From NCBI GenBank assembly GCA_965541615.1, contig CBEUCJ010000002.1, positions 159,795 to 223,794 on the forward strand: DNA of 64,000 bases, given 5' to 3'. Made by a program: the position numbers and the translations under genes. This DNA is from an uncultured bacterium. Its GTDB lineage: Bacteria; Omnitrophota; Gorgyraeia; Duberdicusellales; CBEUCJ01. Shown here piece after piece: positions 40,642-51,145 of the stretch. The first letter of the stretch is position 1. The number at the start of each line of letters is the position of its first letter. Below the pieces are notes generated by a model, which saw only the letters and a list, made by a program, of their open reading frames with translations, was not told the DNA's origin and did no database searches.

Positions 40642-42981
40642 TTATTTTCTGCTCAGCAATTCTGCCCACCTTATAGCAAGATTATAATCTGGCATTAATT
40701 TAAATTCACTAATAAATCTTTTTCTTATTTCCTCTAAATCGGATTGGATGTTTTGCTGTCTTCCAACTAATCTTTCCATCAATCTTTTTATAGCGTAGAA
40801 TAATCTCCATATGCGAATTACAGGAATTTTTCCTTTTTTTAGAAGTTCCTCCTCTTTATAACCAGCATAGAGAATCGTTAAAAAGGAGCGAGGACAACCT
40901 TTATTCAGAATAGCTACAAGTTTACGCGTTACCTCTTTAATTTCTCTAAATCTATCCCATTCTGTACTTACTCCCAGAAAAGTAATCTTGTTTTTACCTC
41001 CTTTTTTAGATTCTTTCTCTGCTTCTGAAGCTAAATTTGCTGCTTCATAGACAGGAAATTTCTTTGAGGGAGCTATATAAATTCCAGCTGAGATTGTAAT
41101 CTGCTGATGTCTGCATACAAACTTTTCAAAATTCTTCTGTATATCATCAGCTATATTTGGTAAATCTGACCAAGGTCCCAAAATAAATAAATCATCTCCT
41201 CCTGAATATACCACACAGCAATTTTCATATTTCTCTTCTACAATATCTCTTATCCCCATAGAAAAAAATAGAGAAATCATATAACTTAACATACTAAATC
41301 TGGAAATAGTCTGTCGAGGGAGTCCTTCTTTGAAAATCTTTCCCAGATTATCAACATCCATCCTTAAAGCTCCCCATCTTTTTATGCCTTCTGCTCTATC
41401 AGAAATTTCCTCTAACGTTAAGGTTTTATTTTTGTCTGTAGGTGTGTATATAGCTTCAAATCTAAAACCTGCGCAATTACCTTCCAGAAAATCCGTTGAG
41501 TTAAGCATATAAATTTCGGTTTCGGGAGTAAGATCTGAAAGATCTATTTTCTTTTTAAATCTCCATTCATAGCCTAAAGCTTCAAATAATTCATGCCACT
41601 TTTTAACCTCTTTGCTCAATTCTCTCTCAGATACTTTTTTCAACTGAATATAATTTGCCGTCTTGATTTCATTTGATAGTGTTTCAAAACTTTCACACAG
41701 AGAACACTTTTCTCCCTCTGATATTTCGCGTCCACATATTTTGCACCCTCCCTGCTCCTTTTCTACTTTAATTGTTCCTAAATCAAACAATTTGTAAGTC
41801 AGTATATCTTTAAACTTTCTTCTTTTTTCAATAGCTAACTTTGCATTCACTCTCTTTAATGCTTTGCCAAAGCCTCCTTTGAAATTCCCTGAACCATCTT
41901 CATCCAACATGAAATCAGTATATGAGATCGGTTCATAACCTATTACTAACGCCAACTTGCCAGCGTGAGCAGAGAAGATTTTATTCTGCATATCTTTATA
42001 TAGTTGTTGTATTCTGGGCTGAGCATTTGTTGTATTAGGGAGAAGAATTGTAAAATTACCTCCTCCACAGTGGATAAGATTGCAAAGTGTGAGATTAAAT
42101 TCGTCAAGAAATTTTCTGGCAGTTGTTTCTGAAAGCAGTTGTAAATAAAATGACCTTCCTCTCAAACCTTTTAAGGCTTCTGATCTGGTAACAGAATAGA
42201 TAAAATCCTGTATTCCAGAAATATCACCTTTTAGAAGAATGAAGTCTTTTTTACTCAGAATTTTGTCATTTTTATACTGCCAAGCCAGAATCATCTTTTC
42301 TAATTCCTTTTCTGAAAGGTCCAAATCATAAAGACAGGTAGCTATAGCGCAGGTTGATTTTAAATGATGAAAAAGAGAAATCTCTGGTATATCTTTGTAA
42401 GCAGAGGAAGGTACAAATAAAGTATATTTTTCTAACAGGTACAAAATTTTGACAATCAAATCATTAAATCTTGAGATTCCTTTTAAATATTCTGCCTCTT
42501 TTCTAAAATATGAATAAAGCTGCTGAAATCCCTGCGTTTTTCTGATAACTTCTTCTTTGTCTTTTTGAGGAAATATTTTTTCAATATTTTTCTCAATAAA
42601 TACAGGAGGACAATAATGTAGGTTGATCTTAGATCCAGAATCTCCATCTTCTTTTATAACTATCTGGGAAAATATGGATATCAAAGGTTCCCTTGAAACC
42701 TCTGGGGTTTCCTCTAATTCTCTTGTTCTTCTTTCTCCAGCTGAAAGCCAATCAGCTAATTGGATTATTTTGTCTTCATATTTAAGAGGATCATGATGTC
42801 TTAAAGCGAAATTTGCTGCCTCTTGCCAAGGAGTATTTTTTAAAATTGACAGAATAAACTTTTCACTAAGAACAGAATGCTTACCCTTTTCACCTCCTCT
42901 CTGAGCAAATTTTCCTATGTCGTGTAATAGAGCTCCTATAATTAAACACTCTCTCTTGGTTTCTCTTATATTATCCTGCAT
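40642..42981 (-). CDS. cas10: Cas10/Csm1 with intact HD nuclease and GGDD cyclase motifs
   Basis: 779 aa; HD domain IGALLHDIGKF; palm domain VYSGGDDLFILG. Confidence 0.9.
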   Translation of the reverse strand: MQDNIRETKRECLIIGALLHDIGKFAQRGGEKGKHSVLSEKFILSILKNTPWQEAANFALRHHDPLKYEDKIIQLADWLSAGERRTRELEETPEVSREPLISIFSQIVIKEDGDSGSKINLHYCPPVFIEKNIEKIFPQKDKEEVIRKTQGFQQLYSYFRKEAEYLKGISRFNDLIVKILYLLEKYTLFVPSSAYKDIPEISLFHHLKSTCAIATCLYDLDLSEKELEKMILAWQYKNDKILSKKDFILLKGDISGIQDFIYSVTRSEALKGLRGRSFYLQLLSETTARKFLDEFNLTLCNLIHCGGGNFTILLPNTTNAQPRIQQLYKDMQNKIFSAHAGKLALVIGYEPISYTDFMLDEDGSGNFKGGFGKALKRVNAKLAIEKRRKFKDILTYKLFDLGTIKVEKEQGGCKICGREISEGEKCSLCESFETLSNEIKTANYIQLKKVSERELSKEVKKWHELFEALGYEWRFKKKIDLSDLTPETEIYMLNSTDFLEGNCAGFRFEAIYTPTDKNKTLTLEEISDRAEGIKRWGALRMDVDNLGKIFKEGLPRQTISRFSMLSYMISLFFSMGIRDIVEEKYENCCVVYSGGDDLFILGPWSDLPNIADDIQKNFEKFVCRHQQITISAGIYIAPSKKFPVYEAANLASEAEKESKKGGKNKITFLGVSTEWDRFREIKEVTRKLVAILNKGCPRSFLTILYAGYKEEELLKKGKIPVIRIWRLFYAIKRLMERLVGRQQNIQSDLEEIRKRFISEFKLMPDYNLAIRWAELLSRK

Positions 42982-43924
42982 ATTTAAAGTTCTTTTGGGA
43001 ATCTAACTTCATCTCATATTTTCCTAATCCAAAGGAGCAATTCTTACCTATATGAATAACTTCACCTAACTTTATAAGATTTAGATATTTTTTAAAATCT
43101 CCTTTGTAAGTTATGCTTCCTACAAATCCTCCTAACTTCATAAAACTTCGTTGTCTGTATGAAAATCTTTGCCAATCGTACCATTTGAGAGATGAATTCA
43201 ATACACTGACAGAGTTTATGTTGTTATTTAAATATTTTCTTAGAATAGAGATTTGTTCTGGATCTCCATAATATTTATTAAGTATGCATATCCTCCTAAT
43301 TAAAACTTTTAGAAAAAGATCAAAAGGTAAATTGTTTATTAATTTTCCTCCCACTTTTATTCGAGTGGGTGAAATAAACTTCAGTGTAAGTAGATCTTTA
43401 TCAAATTTATTTTTGGTAAAAGTGATTTTTACGGGTTTTGCAAAGTTTTTTAAAGTATCTGTTCTGTGATCGTAGATGATTTTATTGTTATTTTTAATCT
43501 TCAACAATTTAAATCTTCCTCTTTTTCCTTTCACACCAATTCCTCTCTCTCCCATTTTCTTAAACACCAATACGAAATATGGAAAATATTCAATAGCTTT
43601 ACCTATAATTATGCACTGGAATTTAAAATACTCTCCCTTTTTGTATTCATTTTTCTTATCGTAGGGAGGTTCTAATATAAATGGTGGTGGGACATCTATT
43701 TTTTTATTGTTATCTTTTAACCGCTTTGGTTCAAAAATAAATTTATATGCGCATGTAGAAGAAACAAAACATTCTTCGCAATTAGCAGCTTGTTTATTTA
43801 TACATACAATTTCTTTAAAAATATTTCCAAAGGCACCTCTAAGAGTTGAACCTTTATAAGGAGGAAAGGTGGCAGGTTCCAAAAATTGTGTGATGATAAT
43901 ATATTTATAAACACCAAGGAGCAA
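42971..43924 (-). CDS. cas6: Cas6-family crRNA endoribonuclease (type III-associated)
   Basis: 317 aa; C-terminal G-rich loop GKNCSFGLGKYEM; first gene of the csm operon; TTG start with AAGGAGG RBS. Confidence 0.6.
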   Translation of the reverse strand: MLLGVYKYIIITQFLEPATFPPYKGSTLRGAFGNIFKEIVCINKQAANCEECFVSSTCAYKFIFEPKRLKDNNKKIDVPPPFILEPPYDKKNEYKKGEYFKFQCIIIGKAIEYFPYFVLVFKKMGERGIGVKGKRGRFKLLKIKNNNKIIYDHRTDTLKNFAKPVKITFTKNKFDKDLLTLKFISPTRIKVGGKLINNLPFDLFLKVLIRRICILNKYYGDPEQISILRKYLNNNINSVSVLNSSLKWYDWQRFSYRQRSFMKLGGFVGSITYKGDFKKYLNLIKLGEVIHIGKNCSFGLGKYEMKLDSQKNFKYAG

Positions 43925-44101
43925 CTATTTACCTCCTTGGAGAAAGTAAATCATTTAATTATATACTATTTATTACCACAAAACAATTTAAAAATAAGCA
44001 ATCTCAATTTGCATTCTGTAAATAAATCTTTACCTAATATCTGGTTAAAGGAACATCAAAAATTTATTTTCTTAACAAATTTAAATAGTTTTTCTTAAGA
44101 G

Positions 44102-44590
44102 TTATATTAAATTTTTCAGGTATGGTTTGAAGAGGTAATGAGCTAATGAGAGAATTATAATACTTGTTATCAAAGTAGTTGCAGCATTTAAATCAAAACC
44201 TGTTATTGCAAATCCTAAAGCTGTTCCTGATGCAGGTGGGTGTTCTGTATCTGTGGCTACCATTATGAAAATAGAAAGACCGACAGCAAATGAATACGCA
44301 AAAATAGAACATAAAAAAGATGAACATGGAATTAAAGCACACAAACATCCAGAAAGAAGACCGACTAAATGACCTCCTATGACATTTTTTGGATTAGCAG
44401 TAATACTTTTTGGCATTGCAAATACAATAAAAGCAGTAGCACCTATTGAGGCTATTATTACTGCATACTTCATACTTAAAAACAAAAGTGATATGAATAT
44501 TGTAAGAGTAGCAAGAAAACTTTGAAATACATAGTTTTTCCAAAATAATTTAAATTCTTTAACCATTTTGTATTCCTTTTTATTTTTCAT
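44102..44590 (-). CDS. HPP-family membrane protein
   Basis: 162 aa; TDTEHPPASGTALG motif, 4-5 TM helices. Confidence 0.65.
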   Translation of the reverse strand: MKNKKEYKMVKEFKLFWKNYVFQSFLATLTIFISLLFLSMKYAVIIASIGATAFIVFAMPKSITANPKNVIGGHLVGLLSGCLCALIPCSSFLCSIFAYSFAVGLSIFIMVATDTEHPPASGTALGFAITGFDLNAATTLITSIIILSLAHYLFKPYLKNLI

Positions 44591-44641
44591 CTACTTTCTT
44601 TTTGATCATAAGTTCTTTGGAAAGACATATTAAGTCTATCG

Positions 44642-45043
44642 CTAAGTATGTGAAATAAACCATAAACATTTTTCTTTCCATTCACAATCACCACATATAT
44701 CTTGAACATCAAGGCTATTTTTAAATTTTGTATTTGCAAGCGAAAGGAAATCTTTGATTCTGCCTTTTGTATTTTCTTTCAAATCCAATTTTTTTAGAAC
44801 TTTTATATCCATCTCTTTAACTTTTTTAGCAGAATTAAAATTTTTCTGACATATTCCTCCTATATTGTGAGGGCAACAAGAACAAATAACATCACATTCA
44901 GTAATTATTTCTACTTCTGGATTTGAATCTATTTTCTTAATAACTTCACTCATATTCTTTACAAAATCTTTGTTATAACCATATCCTTGGAATCCTTGAA
45001 TACACAAAAGATGGTGAGCTCGAATCTTTAAGATATCTTTCAT
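44642..45043 (-). CDS. Cys-rich DUF1284-like protein
   Basis: 133 aa; IRAHHLLCIQGFQGYGY start, 8+ Cys. Confidence 0.3.
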   Translation of the reverse strand: MKDILKIRAHHLLCIQGFQGYGYNKDFVKNMSEVIKKIDSNPEVEIITECDVICSCCPHNIGGICQKNFNSAKKVKEMDIKVLKKLDLKENTKGRIKDFLSLANTKFKNSLDVQDICGDCEWKEKCLWFISHT

Positions 45044-45705
45044 TTCTTTATTTTATGGACATCTACTTCACCATTGTAGGATTCTTTAGGAGTGATAGCT
45101 TTTGCTAATGCTGCAGCTACTGTAATTTTAATTATATCTCCAACAATGAATGGAAGGGTTCCTATTTTGAAAAGTTTGCAAAGAGTTAGTTTGGTAGCTT
45201 TGGTTATATAAAACCATAATTCTAACTGTAATAGTCCTGGTCCATGTATAAGAACAAAATTTGCAAATAACATTAATCCAAACATGGAAAGAAAACCTCT
45301 TGCTCTAATATACTTGTCAGTGAAATGACCGATAAATAAAGCAGCTAAGATAAAACCAATTAGATATCCTCCTGTAGGACCAAAAAGAACACTAAATCCT
45401 TTGCTGAAATTAGCAAACCAAGGGATACCAGCTGCACCCATTACTACATACATTGCTTGACTTACTCCTCCCCATCTTTTACCAAGAAGAACTCCAGCTA
45501 ATAATACAGCAAAAGTTTGACCAGTAATAGGCACAGGAGTCCAAGGAAGAAATATTCTTATCTGAGCTACAAGTCCAGTTAAAAAAGCCATTCCCAATGC
45601 CAAAGCAGTTTTATTTACAACAGATAAACTGTAACGCCACTTGAAGAATAAATATCTTGCTCTAAAATACCTTTCCATTATTGTCATATTCTGCATTACT
45701 TTCAC
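45040..45705 (-). CDS. bioY: biotin ECF-transporter S component BioY (start codon uncertain)
   Basis: 221 aa; PVPITGQTFAVLLAG and GPTGGYLIGF BioY signatures. Confidence 0.75.
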   Translation of the reverse strand: MKVMQNMTIMERYFRARYLFFKWRYSLSVVNKTALALGMAFLTGLVAQIRIFLPWTPVPITGQTFAVLLAGVLLGKRWGGVSQAMYVVMGAAGIPWFANFSKGFSVLFGPTGGYLIGFILAALFIGHFTDKYIRARGFLSMFGLMLFANFVLIHGPGLLQLELWFYITKATKLTLCKLFKIGTLPFIVGDIIKITVAAALAKAITPKESYNGEVDVHKIKK

Positions 45706-45844
45706 TCTCTAAATTGCTATCCAAAAACTACACACAGCAAATCTGTAAAGTAAAAATATTCTATCAAATTTAGTAAACTTATCCAAGAAATATCCTACCA
45801 GAGTTTTTAAAGATATATTTAAAGGCTGATTTTGAAGAAGTTTT

Positions 45845-46597
45845 TTATTTATGCAACCTTTCATCTAAAGTTCCATCAGGAAGCATCCAATCTGGATGGA
45901 ATTTGCCTTCTTCTTCCATTTGATAACGAACACAACTCTCCCAATCTCCTTTGCAATACAATTCTATCCATTTTTTATCTAACTTTCCTTCTTCATAAAA
46001 TCTTCTCATTGGACACACTAAATACCATTTGCAATCTTTAAGTAATACCTTTAATTTCCTGTAACTTTTTATTAAATCTTGCTTAAACTCAGGATTATAA
46101 AGACAAGTTGCAGGATGAGGCAAAGGTAGTATCTTTTTATCTTCAGTTAAAAAAAGTTTTCCAAAAACTTTAGAGAATTCTTTTCTTGAAGGTGGTAAAA
46201 TTTCATATCTTTGAAAAATGTAATAAGCGGCATAATAACCTAAAGGAACTAAAACCTTTGGATTTATTAATTTAATCTCTTCTTCTAAATAATAACTGCA
46301 AGCTTTAATCTCATCTTGCTTGGGCTTTCTGTATTCAGGAAGCATACACTTAATTAAATTTGTCATATAAATTTCATCTCTTTTAATTCCTGCTTTATTT
46401 AATAACTCATCTAATACCTTTCCTGAAGGACCAACAAACATTCTTCCAGCTTTATCTTCTTTTTCTCCTGGTGCTTGAGCTATTAGCATAATTTTAGCAT
46501 TTAAATTTCCTTCTCCACAGATAGCGTTTGTTCTGGTTTGATATAACCTACATCTTTTGCACTCTTTTATTTGCTTATTTAACTCATAGATTTCCAT
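45845..46597 (-). CDS. family 4 uracil-DNA glycosylase with Cys-rich C-terminal extension
   Basis: 250 aa; CKRCRLYQTRTN...GEGNLNAKIMLIAQAPGEKED...FVGPSGKVL. Confidence 0.8.
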   Translation of the reverse strand: MEIYELNKQIKECKRCRLYQTRTNAICGEGNLNAKIMLIAQAPGEKEDKAGRMFVGPSGKVLDELLNKAGIKRDEIYMTNLIKCMLPEYRKPKQDEIKACSYYLEEEIKLINPKVLVPLGYYAAYYIFQRYEILPPSRKEFSKVFGKLFLTEDKKILPLPHPATCLYNPEFKQDLIKSYRKLKVLLKDCKWYLVCPMRRFYEEGKLDKKWIELYCKGDWESCVRYQMEEEGKFHPDWMLPDGTLDERLHK

Positions 46598-46635
46598 CTG
46601 TGAAATAAAATTTTAAGTTTATTTCTGAAAGTTTC

Positions 46636-48261
46636 TTATTGCTCCTGTTTTCTCTTACGGAGAGAATCAATCAAAATAATTAATCCAGAGAGGACAACAG
46701 CTATGGTTATAAGCCAAAAGATGAAAGTAGTATTTTCTAATAAAACATAATTCCAAGTAAGCACTGCTCCTAAAAATAAGATTATAAATCCAGAAACAAG
46801 CTTTAATCTTCTAATCCATAGTTCTTTAAATGTTTTTTTACCTAAAGTTATCGCAAAAATTAAAACGATAATTGCCATTGGAATAACATAAATCAGGTTA
46901 TAGAAAATCAAATAAAGATAATATTTTAAAGGAGACAAAGATTTTGAAGTCAGAATTTTAGTATAAGCTAAAGGAATACCAAAAGTGCAAGCAATTGCTA
47001 CCAAACTTATTGTGCTGGCTATGATGACTGTTCCTATGATCAAAGCTGGAGTAGATTTGGTTAAACTCAAATTTCTTACTCTTTCTTCAAGCTTTAATTT
47101 TTTGCCTTTTGATAAAGAGAGAGAAATTCCTTTTTGAAAGAAAAAATAATCTTTGATATTCAATAATCCAGCAAAAATACAGATTCCTCCAGCAATGGTA
47201 GTTAAAAGAGCGATTTTTCTTCCCAGTATAAATATGTTAAGTAAAAGTGCCATAAATAAAAAATAGTAAAGAGCAAAAAAGAATATAAAAACTCCTCCTA
47301 CCAAAATCATTTTCTTTCTTGCTCCTGCTAAACTTATCAAAGCAGACAAGAGAAAAAATATTACAAAAAAACCACAAGGGTTAGTTAAACCATCAACGAT
47401 ACCTAAAAGGACAGTTAAAGCAGGCAAAGAAAATTCACCTGTTCTTATTTTACCAAATATAGGTATCTCGATTTCTTCAACTGTTTGTTGCTTTTTTACT
47501 GGTTGGTGGCTTATTTTGGACTCTACTGGTTTTTCTGTAATTTTTATTTTTATTGCATTTTCAAATTCAGCATAAGGAATAAACTTTGAACGTGAAAAGG
47601 CACTCCCTGAAAATTTAACTTTTTTGGGTTTGACGACTTTAAATATCTTATTTTTCAATCTTTCAGAAAGATCTTCAGCAAAAAGGAGCTCTTTTAATTC
47701 TTTCTGAGTAAATTTTTCTTTTTTTGTTGTCTTTGGAGGGCTTTCTCCATTCCATTGAAAGAGCCATTCATTTTTATTTAATTTAATTAAGATTCTTCCA
47801 TTAGCCCAAATTTTTGGTTTAGCTTTCAACTCATTTAAATTAAGATCTTCCCAAAATACACTTTTATTTATTAGAGGACAAGGATTAGAACTTAAACTTT
47901 TAATATCATTTTCTGCTTTAGGAACATTAAGCCTTCCTAATCTAACATTATCTTTATCAAAGACTATTTGAGGAACTGCAGAATGAATTTTATACGCAGA
48001 GGTAAATTTTCCAAAATATTGGTAGTTTGGATCTCGCCAATTTCCACCTTTCCATACATATTCAATAATGACCAAATTTGGATATTTTTTTGGCCATTCA
48101 ATTAGAACAAGAGGGTCAACACTAGCACAATTAGGACAACCAATGTAAGTAAAATAAACTGCACAAATTTTAGAACTCAGAGATTTATCTTCAGCAAAAA
48201 CAAAATCAAATTTGACTATACTAATCAAAAAATATATAACAGCTAATATTACTGCTTTCAT
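46636..48261 (-). CDS. membrane thiol-disulfide oxidoreductase-like protein (periplasmic CPNC domain + CcdA/DsbD-like TM core)
   Basis: 541 aa; signal peptide, YIGCPNCASVD CxxC, then ...TNPCGFFVI... in polytopic TM region. Confidence 0.4.
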   Translation of the reverse strand: MKAVILAVIYFLISIVKFDFVFAEDKSLSSKICAVYFTYIGCPNCASVDPLVLIEWPKKYPNLVIIEYVWKGGNWRDPNYQYFGKFTSAYKIHSAVPQIVFDKDNVRLGRLNVPKAENDIKSLSSNPCPLINKSVFWEDLNLNELKAKPKIWANGRILIKLNKNEWLFQWNGESPPKTTKKEKFTQKELKELLFAEDLSERLKNKIFKVVKPKKVKFSGSAFSRSKFIPYAEFENAIKIKITEKPVESKISHQPVKKQQTVEEIEIPIFGKIRTGEFSLPALTVLLGIVDGLTNPCGFFVIFFLLSALISLAGARKKMILVGGVFIFFFALYYFLFMALLLNIFILGRKIALLTTIAGGICIFAGLLNIKDYFFFQKGISLSLSKGKKLKLEERVRNLSLTKSTPALIIGTVIIASTISLVAIACTFGIPLAYTKILTSKSLSPLKYYLYLIFYNLIYVIPMAIIVLIFAITLGKKTFKELWIRRLKLVSGFIILFLGAVLTWNYVLLENTTFIFWLITIAVVLSGLIILIDSLRKRKQEQ

Positions 48262-48911
48262 ATCCCAATTTTTATTTCATAGTAGATATTATTATATCAT
48301 TTCTGAAAACTTACCTCCAGTCAATGAAAAATTTGGAAGGAATAAACCAAAGTAGCGCCACTATTATATCTACAGTGGTAATTCCAATGGGTCGTCTTCA
48401 TTTAATAAAAATCCGTACTAAAACATCAAAGAAATCTGTAAAGAATATAAAAGTAGCAAGGAATATTGCAGAAAAACCTAAGCAATTATTTAAATAATCA
48501 CTGTAGTCAATCTTATTTAACATCGGCTCACCTTCATCTTCTATCCAAAAAGATACAGAAACTTCCTTCTTTTTTTGCTTTAAAGCCCAAGAATATGGTA
48601 GCTCTAAATTGTCCCCTTCCACATAAAGCCCAAGGGAGACCCATCAAAATTTTAAATCCCCCTATCCCCACAATTATAATCCATAACAACCTTCCTATCT
48701 CTGCAAACATTTCCCTCCTCCTTGTAAAAACGTAAACTCCACTTTAAAATAACAGAACTTATTTTATTCGGACACTCAAAATCTAACTTTATCAAATCTT
48801 GATATAGCAGAAGAAGTCATTTCTGAGATTCTATTTTTCTTTGCATAAAAATTGTTAAGATATATTTTCCTGAGTCTCTATTATGAAGAATAAGACAATT
48901 TATCGAATATT

Positions 48912-49496
48912 TTAGTCTAAAAATAAATTAACTGCTTCCAATATTTTACTCATTAACTCTGTCTGAAGTATCTCTTTCTCGCGACCTACAAGTGGAACCA
49001 TTATCAAGCTGTTCTTTTTTATTTCTATACAATTATTGGAAATGTTTATATAGTCAAATCCTTTTTCAAAAATAAATTTAATAGCTTCACGACGCTCCGC
49101 AGTAAAGAAATCCTTATAGGGTAAATTGGAAACTTCAAGTCTATCTTCAGAGATTTTGTTTTTAGGACCTAAAAATCCATAAGGAGAAGCAGAAATAACG
49201 AATTTATTATTTTTATCTGGAAAGATTTGGCAAGAAAAAGGAAAGTGATGATAAAATTTAATTAAAATGCCACAATCAGATTTATGTGAAGTGAGTTTTA
49301 TTTCTACTCTTTTGCCCTGCCATCTTCCAGTTAACATTGCACTTATAGAGAAGATTGAAGTAGAAATTTCTCCTTTAATTATTGATAAAAGAGGTTTTAA
49401 CCTTCTCTTCAGATAGCAAACAACACTCCAAATCATCCCTCCTACTATCACAAAAAAACTTAATCCTATAAGAATAACCAATGCTAAATTATTCAT
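48912..49496 (-). CDS. hypothetical membrane-anchored protein
   Basis: 194 aa; single N-terminal TM helix; no recognised motif. Confidence 0.3.
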   Translation of the reverse strand: MNNLALVILIGLSFFVIVGGMIWSVVCYLKRRLKPLLSIIKGEISTSIFSISAMLTGRWQGKRVEIKLTSHKSDCGILIKFYHHFPFSCQIFPDKNNKFVISASPYGFLGPKNKISEDRLEVSNLPYKDFFTAERREAIKFIFEKGFDYINISNNCIEIKKNSLIMVPLVGREKEILQTELMSKILEAVNLFLD

Positions 49497-49586
49497 AAGG
49501 CTCTACATTCTACAAATCTTACCATATCTCTTAAGACTTAGGCAACTTGAGCTGGAAATAAATGTTTGATGTAAAAACTATTGATT

Positions 49587-50003
49587 TTAAGTATTTACTT
49601 TTAAATATTTTTCTATCTCTTCAATAAATTTATCAAATACCCTACAATTTTCTCTTACTTCTTTTATTAAAAGTTTATCCTCTATTTGCCAGTATCTGTG
49701 AATCAAAATATTTCTGAATTCAAAAAATGGTCTTAAGGCTTTATAGGTAGAGAGACTGATTATTTTTTCTTCTCTGGATTTTTCTATTGTCTCTAAATAC
49801 CCTCCTGCAGCTATACCTTTATCCTTAGCTAATATATGTTGCAAAATATTTGCAGAAGCTTCCACTATCTCTATTAAGTCATACTTAATTGCCTTTATTG
49901 TTTTCTTATCTTTAATATCTCCTTTTAAAAAGTCTTTTATCTCTACACTATCTTTTTTAATCTCCAATAAAAACTTTTTTATTTTTATTTTATCTATTTT
50001 CAT
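49587..50003 (-). CDS. hepT: HepT (HEPN/DUF86) toxin
   Basis: 138 aa; R-x4-H motif region FRNILIHRYWQIEDKLL. Confidence 0.7.
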   Translation of the reverse strand: MKIDKIKIKKFLLEIKKDSVEIKDFLKGDIKDKKTIKAIKYDLIEIVEASANILQHILAKDKGIAAGGYLETIEKSREEKIISLSTYKALRPFFEFRNILIHRYWQIEDKLLIKEVRENCRVFDKFIEEIEKYLKVNT

Positions 50004-50395
50004 CTCACTTCCTTTAAAAGAGCTTGTGCTTCTCTATATTTATTGCTATACTTTTCTAAAAAATCACCTAATACTTTAAAATCCTTATTAACTATAAGCT
50101 TGCCTTCTTTAAAGAGCCTCTCTAAGAATAGGAGTGAAAAAGCATCTGGATTTTTTAAAATACCATTAAGAATCCTTATATCAAAAATATCACAGGGTAA
50201 ATTCAAAACTTTAGCTAACTTTATCTTCAAATCTACAATAAATTTAAAAGAAACTTTATCCTTCAAATAAACAGCAATATCTATATCTCTAAAATTTTTG
50301 GAATTTATAAAAGAACCGTACAGATAAGCAAAGACTATCTTTTTTTGAGAATCCAAAAATTCCTTTATTTTCTTTATCTTTTTTACGTTGCTCAC
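50000..50395 (-). CDS. mntA: MntA minimal nucleotidyltransferase antitoxin
   Basis: 131 aa; YLYGSFINSKNFRDIDIAVYL; ATGA overlap with hepT. Confidence 0.75.
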   Translation of the reverse strand: MSNVKKIKKIKEFLDSQKKIVFAYLYGSFINSKNFRDIDIAVYLKDKVSFKFIVDLKIKLAKVLNLPCDIFDIRILNGILKNPDAFSLLFLERLFKEGKLIVNKDFKVLGDFLEKYSNKYREAQALLKEVR

Positions 50396-50521
50396 TTTTT
50401 ACTTTATCTTTTGGTCATCAATATTTTTCTAATTCAACTAAAGTTTAACACAGCATCAAATCTTCAACAAGAAAAATATCTGAAAAAAATTCTAAAATAA
50501 TTTTTTCTGTTAATAATTATT

Positions 50522-51106
50522 TCAATACTCTTCACACTTAACCTGATAAAAACTTTTAGGATGACTGCAAGAAGGGCATTCTTGTGGTGGTTCTTTTCCA
50601 AAATGAGTGTATCCACATTCTCTGCAAACCCACCACACTTCTTTTTCTTTTTTAAACAGTGTTCCGGCTTCTACTTCTTTTAGAAGTTTTTTAAATCTTT
50701 CTTCATGATGTTCTTCAGCTTTGGCAATAGCTCTCAAACGCTTAGCAATCTCAGGAAAACCTTCTTTTTCAGCAACATCAGCAAACTCTGGATACATTTT
50801 TGTATGTTCGTAGTTTTCACCAGCTATGGCTGTTCTTAAATTCTCAGCTGTTGTGCCAAGCATTGTTGATACAGATACTTCAACCTTAATTTTGTCTAAT
50901 TTTTCATCACTTTTCTTTTTCAATTCATTAATCAGCCTAAACAACCAGCTTGCGTGTTCTTTTTCATTTTCTGCTGTAATAAGGAAAACTTCAGCAATCT
51001 GTTCAAATCCTTCTTTTCTGGCAATTTTAGAATAAAAAGTATACCTGTTTCTTGCCTGACTTTCTCCAATAAAGGCTTTGGTTAGATTTTTAATTGTCTC
51101 TTTCAC
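50522..51106 (-). CDS. rbr: rubrerythrin
   Basis: 194 aa; ferritin-like E..H repeats and C-terminal rubredoxin CRECG...CPSC. Confidence 0.85.
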   Translation of the reverse strand: MKETIKNLTKAFIGESQARNRYTFYSKIARKEGFEQIAEVFLITAENEKEHASWLFRLINELKKKSDEKLDKIKVEVSVSTMLGTTAENLRTAIAGENYEHTKMYPEFADVAEKEGFPEIAKRLRAIAKAEEHHEERFKKLLKEVEAGTLFKKEKEVWWVCRECGYTHFGKEPPQECPSCSHPKSFYQVKCEEY

Positions 51107-51145
51107 AGTTTTACCTCCTTGTAATTTTAAAAATTAACCCCTAAC

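Noticed and set aside
42971-43924. Doubt whether the first csm-operon gene is Cas6 or another RAMP (Csx-type)
   Set aside because: The G-rich C-terminal loop and operon position favour Cas6; retained with reduced confidence.
45706-45844. Candidate BirA operator upstream of bioY
   Set aside because: The BirA here is the short group I type without a DNA-binding domain and no TTGTAAACC-like palindrome is present.
48398-48622. 74-aa minus-strand ORF between the DsbD-like gene and the membrane protein
   Set aside because: No motif and low-complexity composition; cannot distinguish it from a chance ORF.
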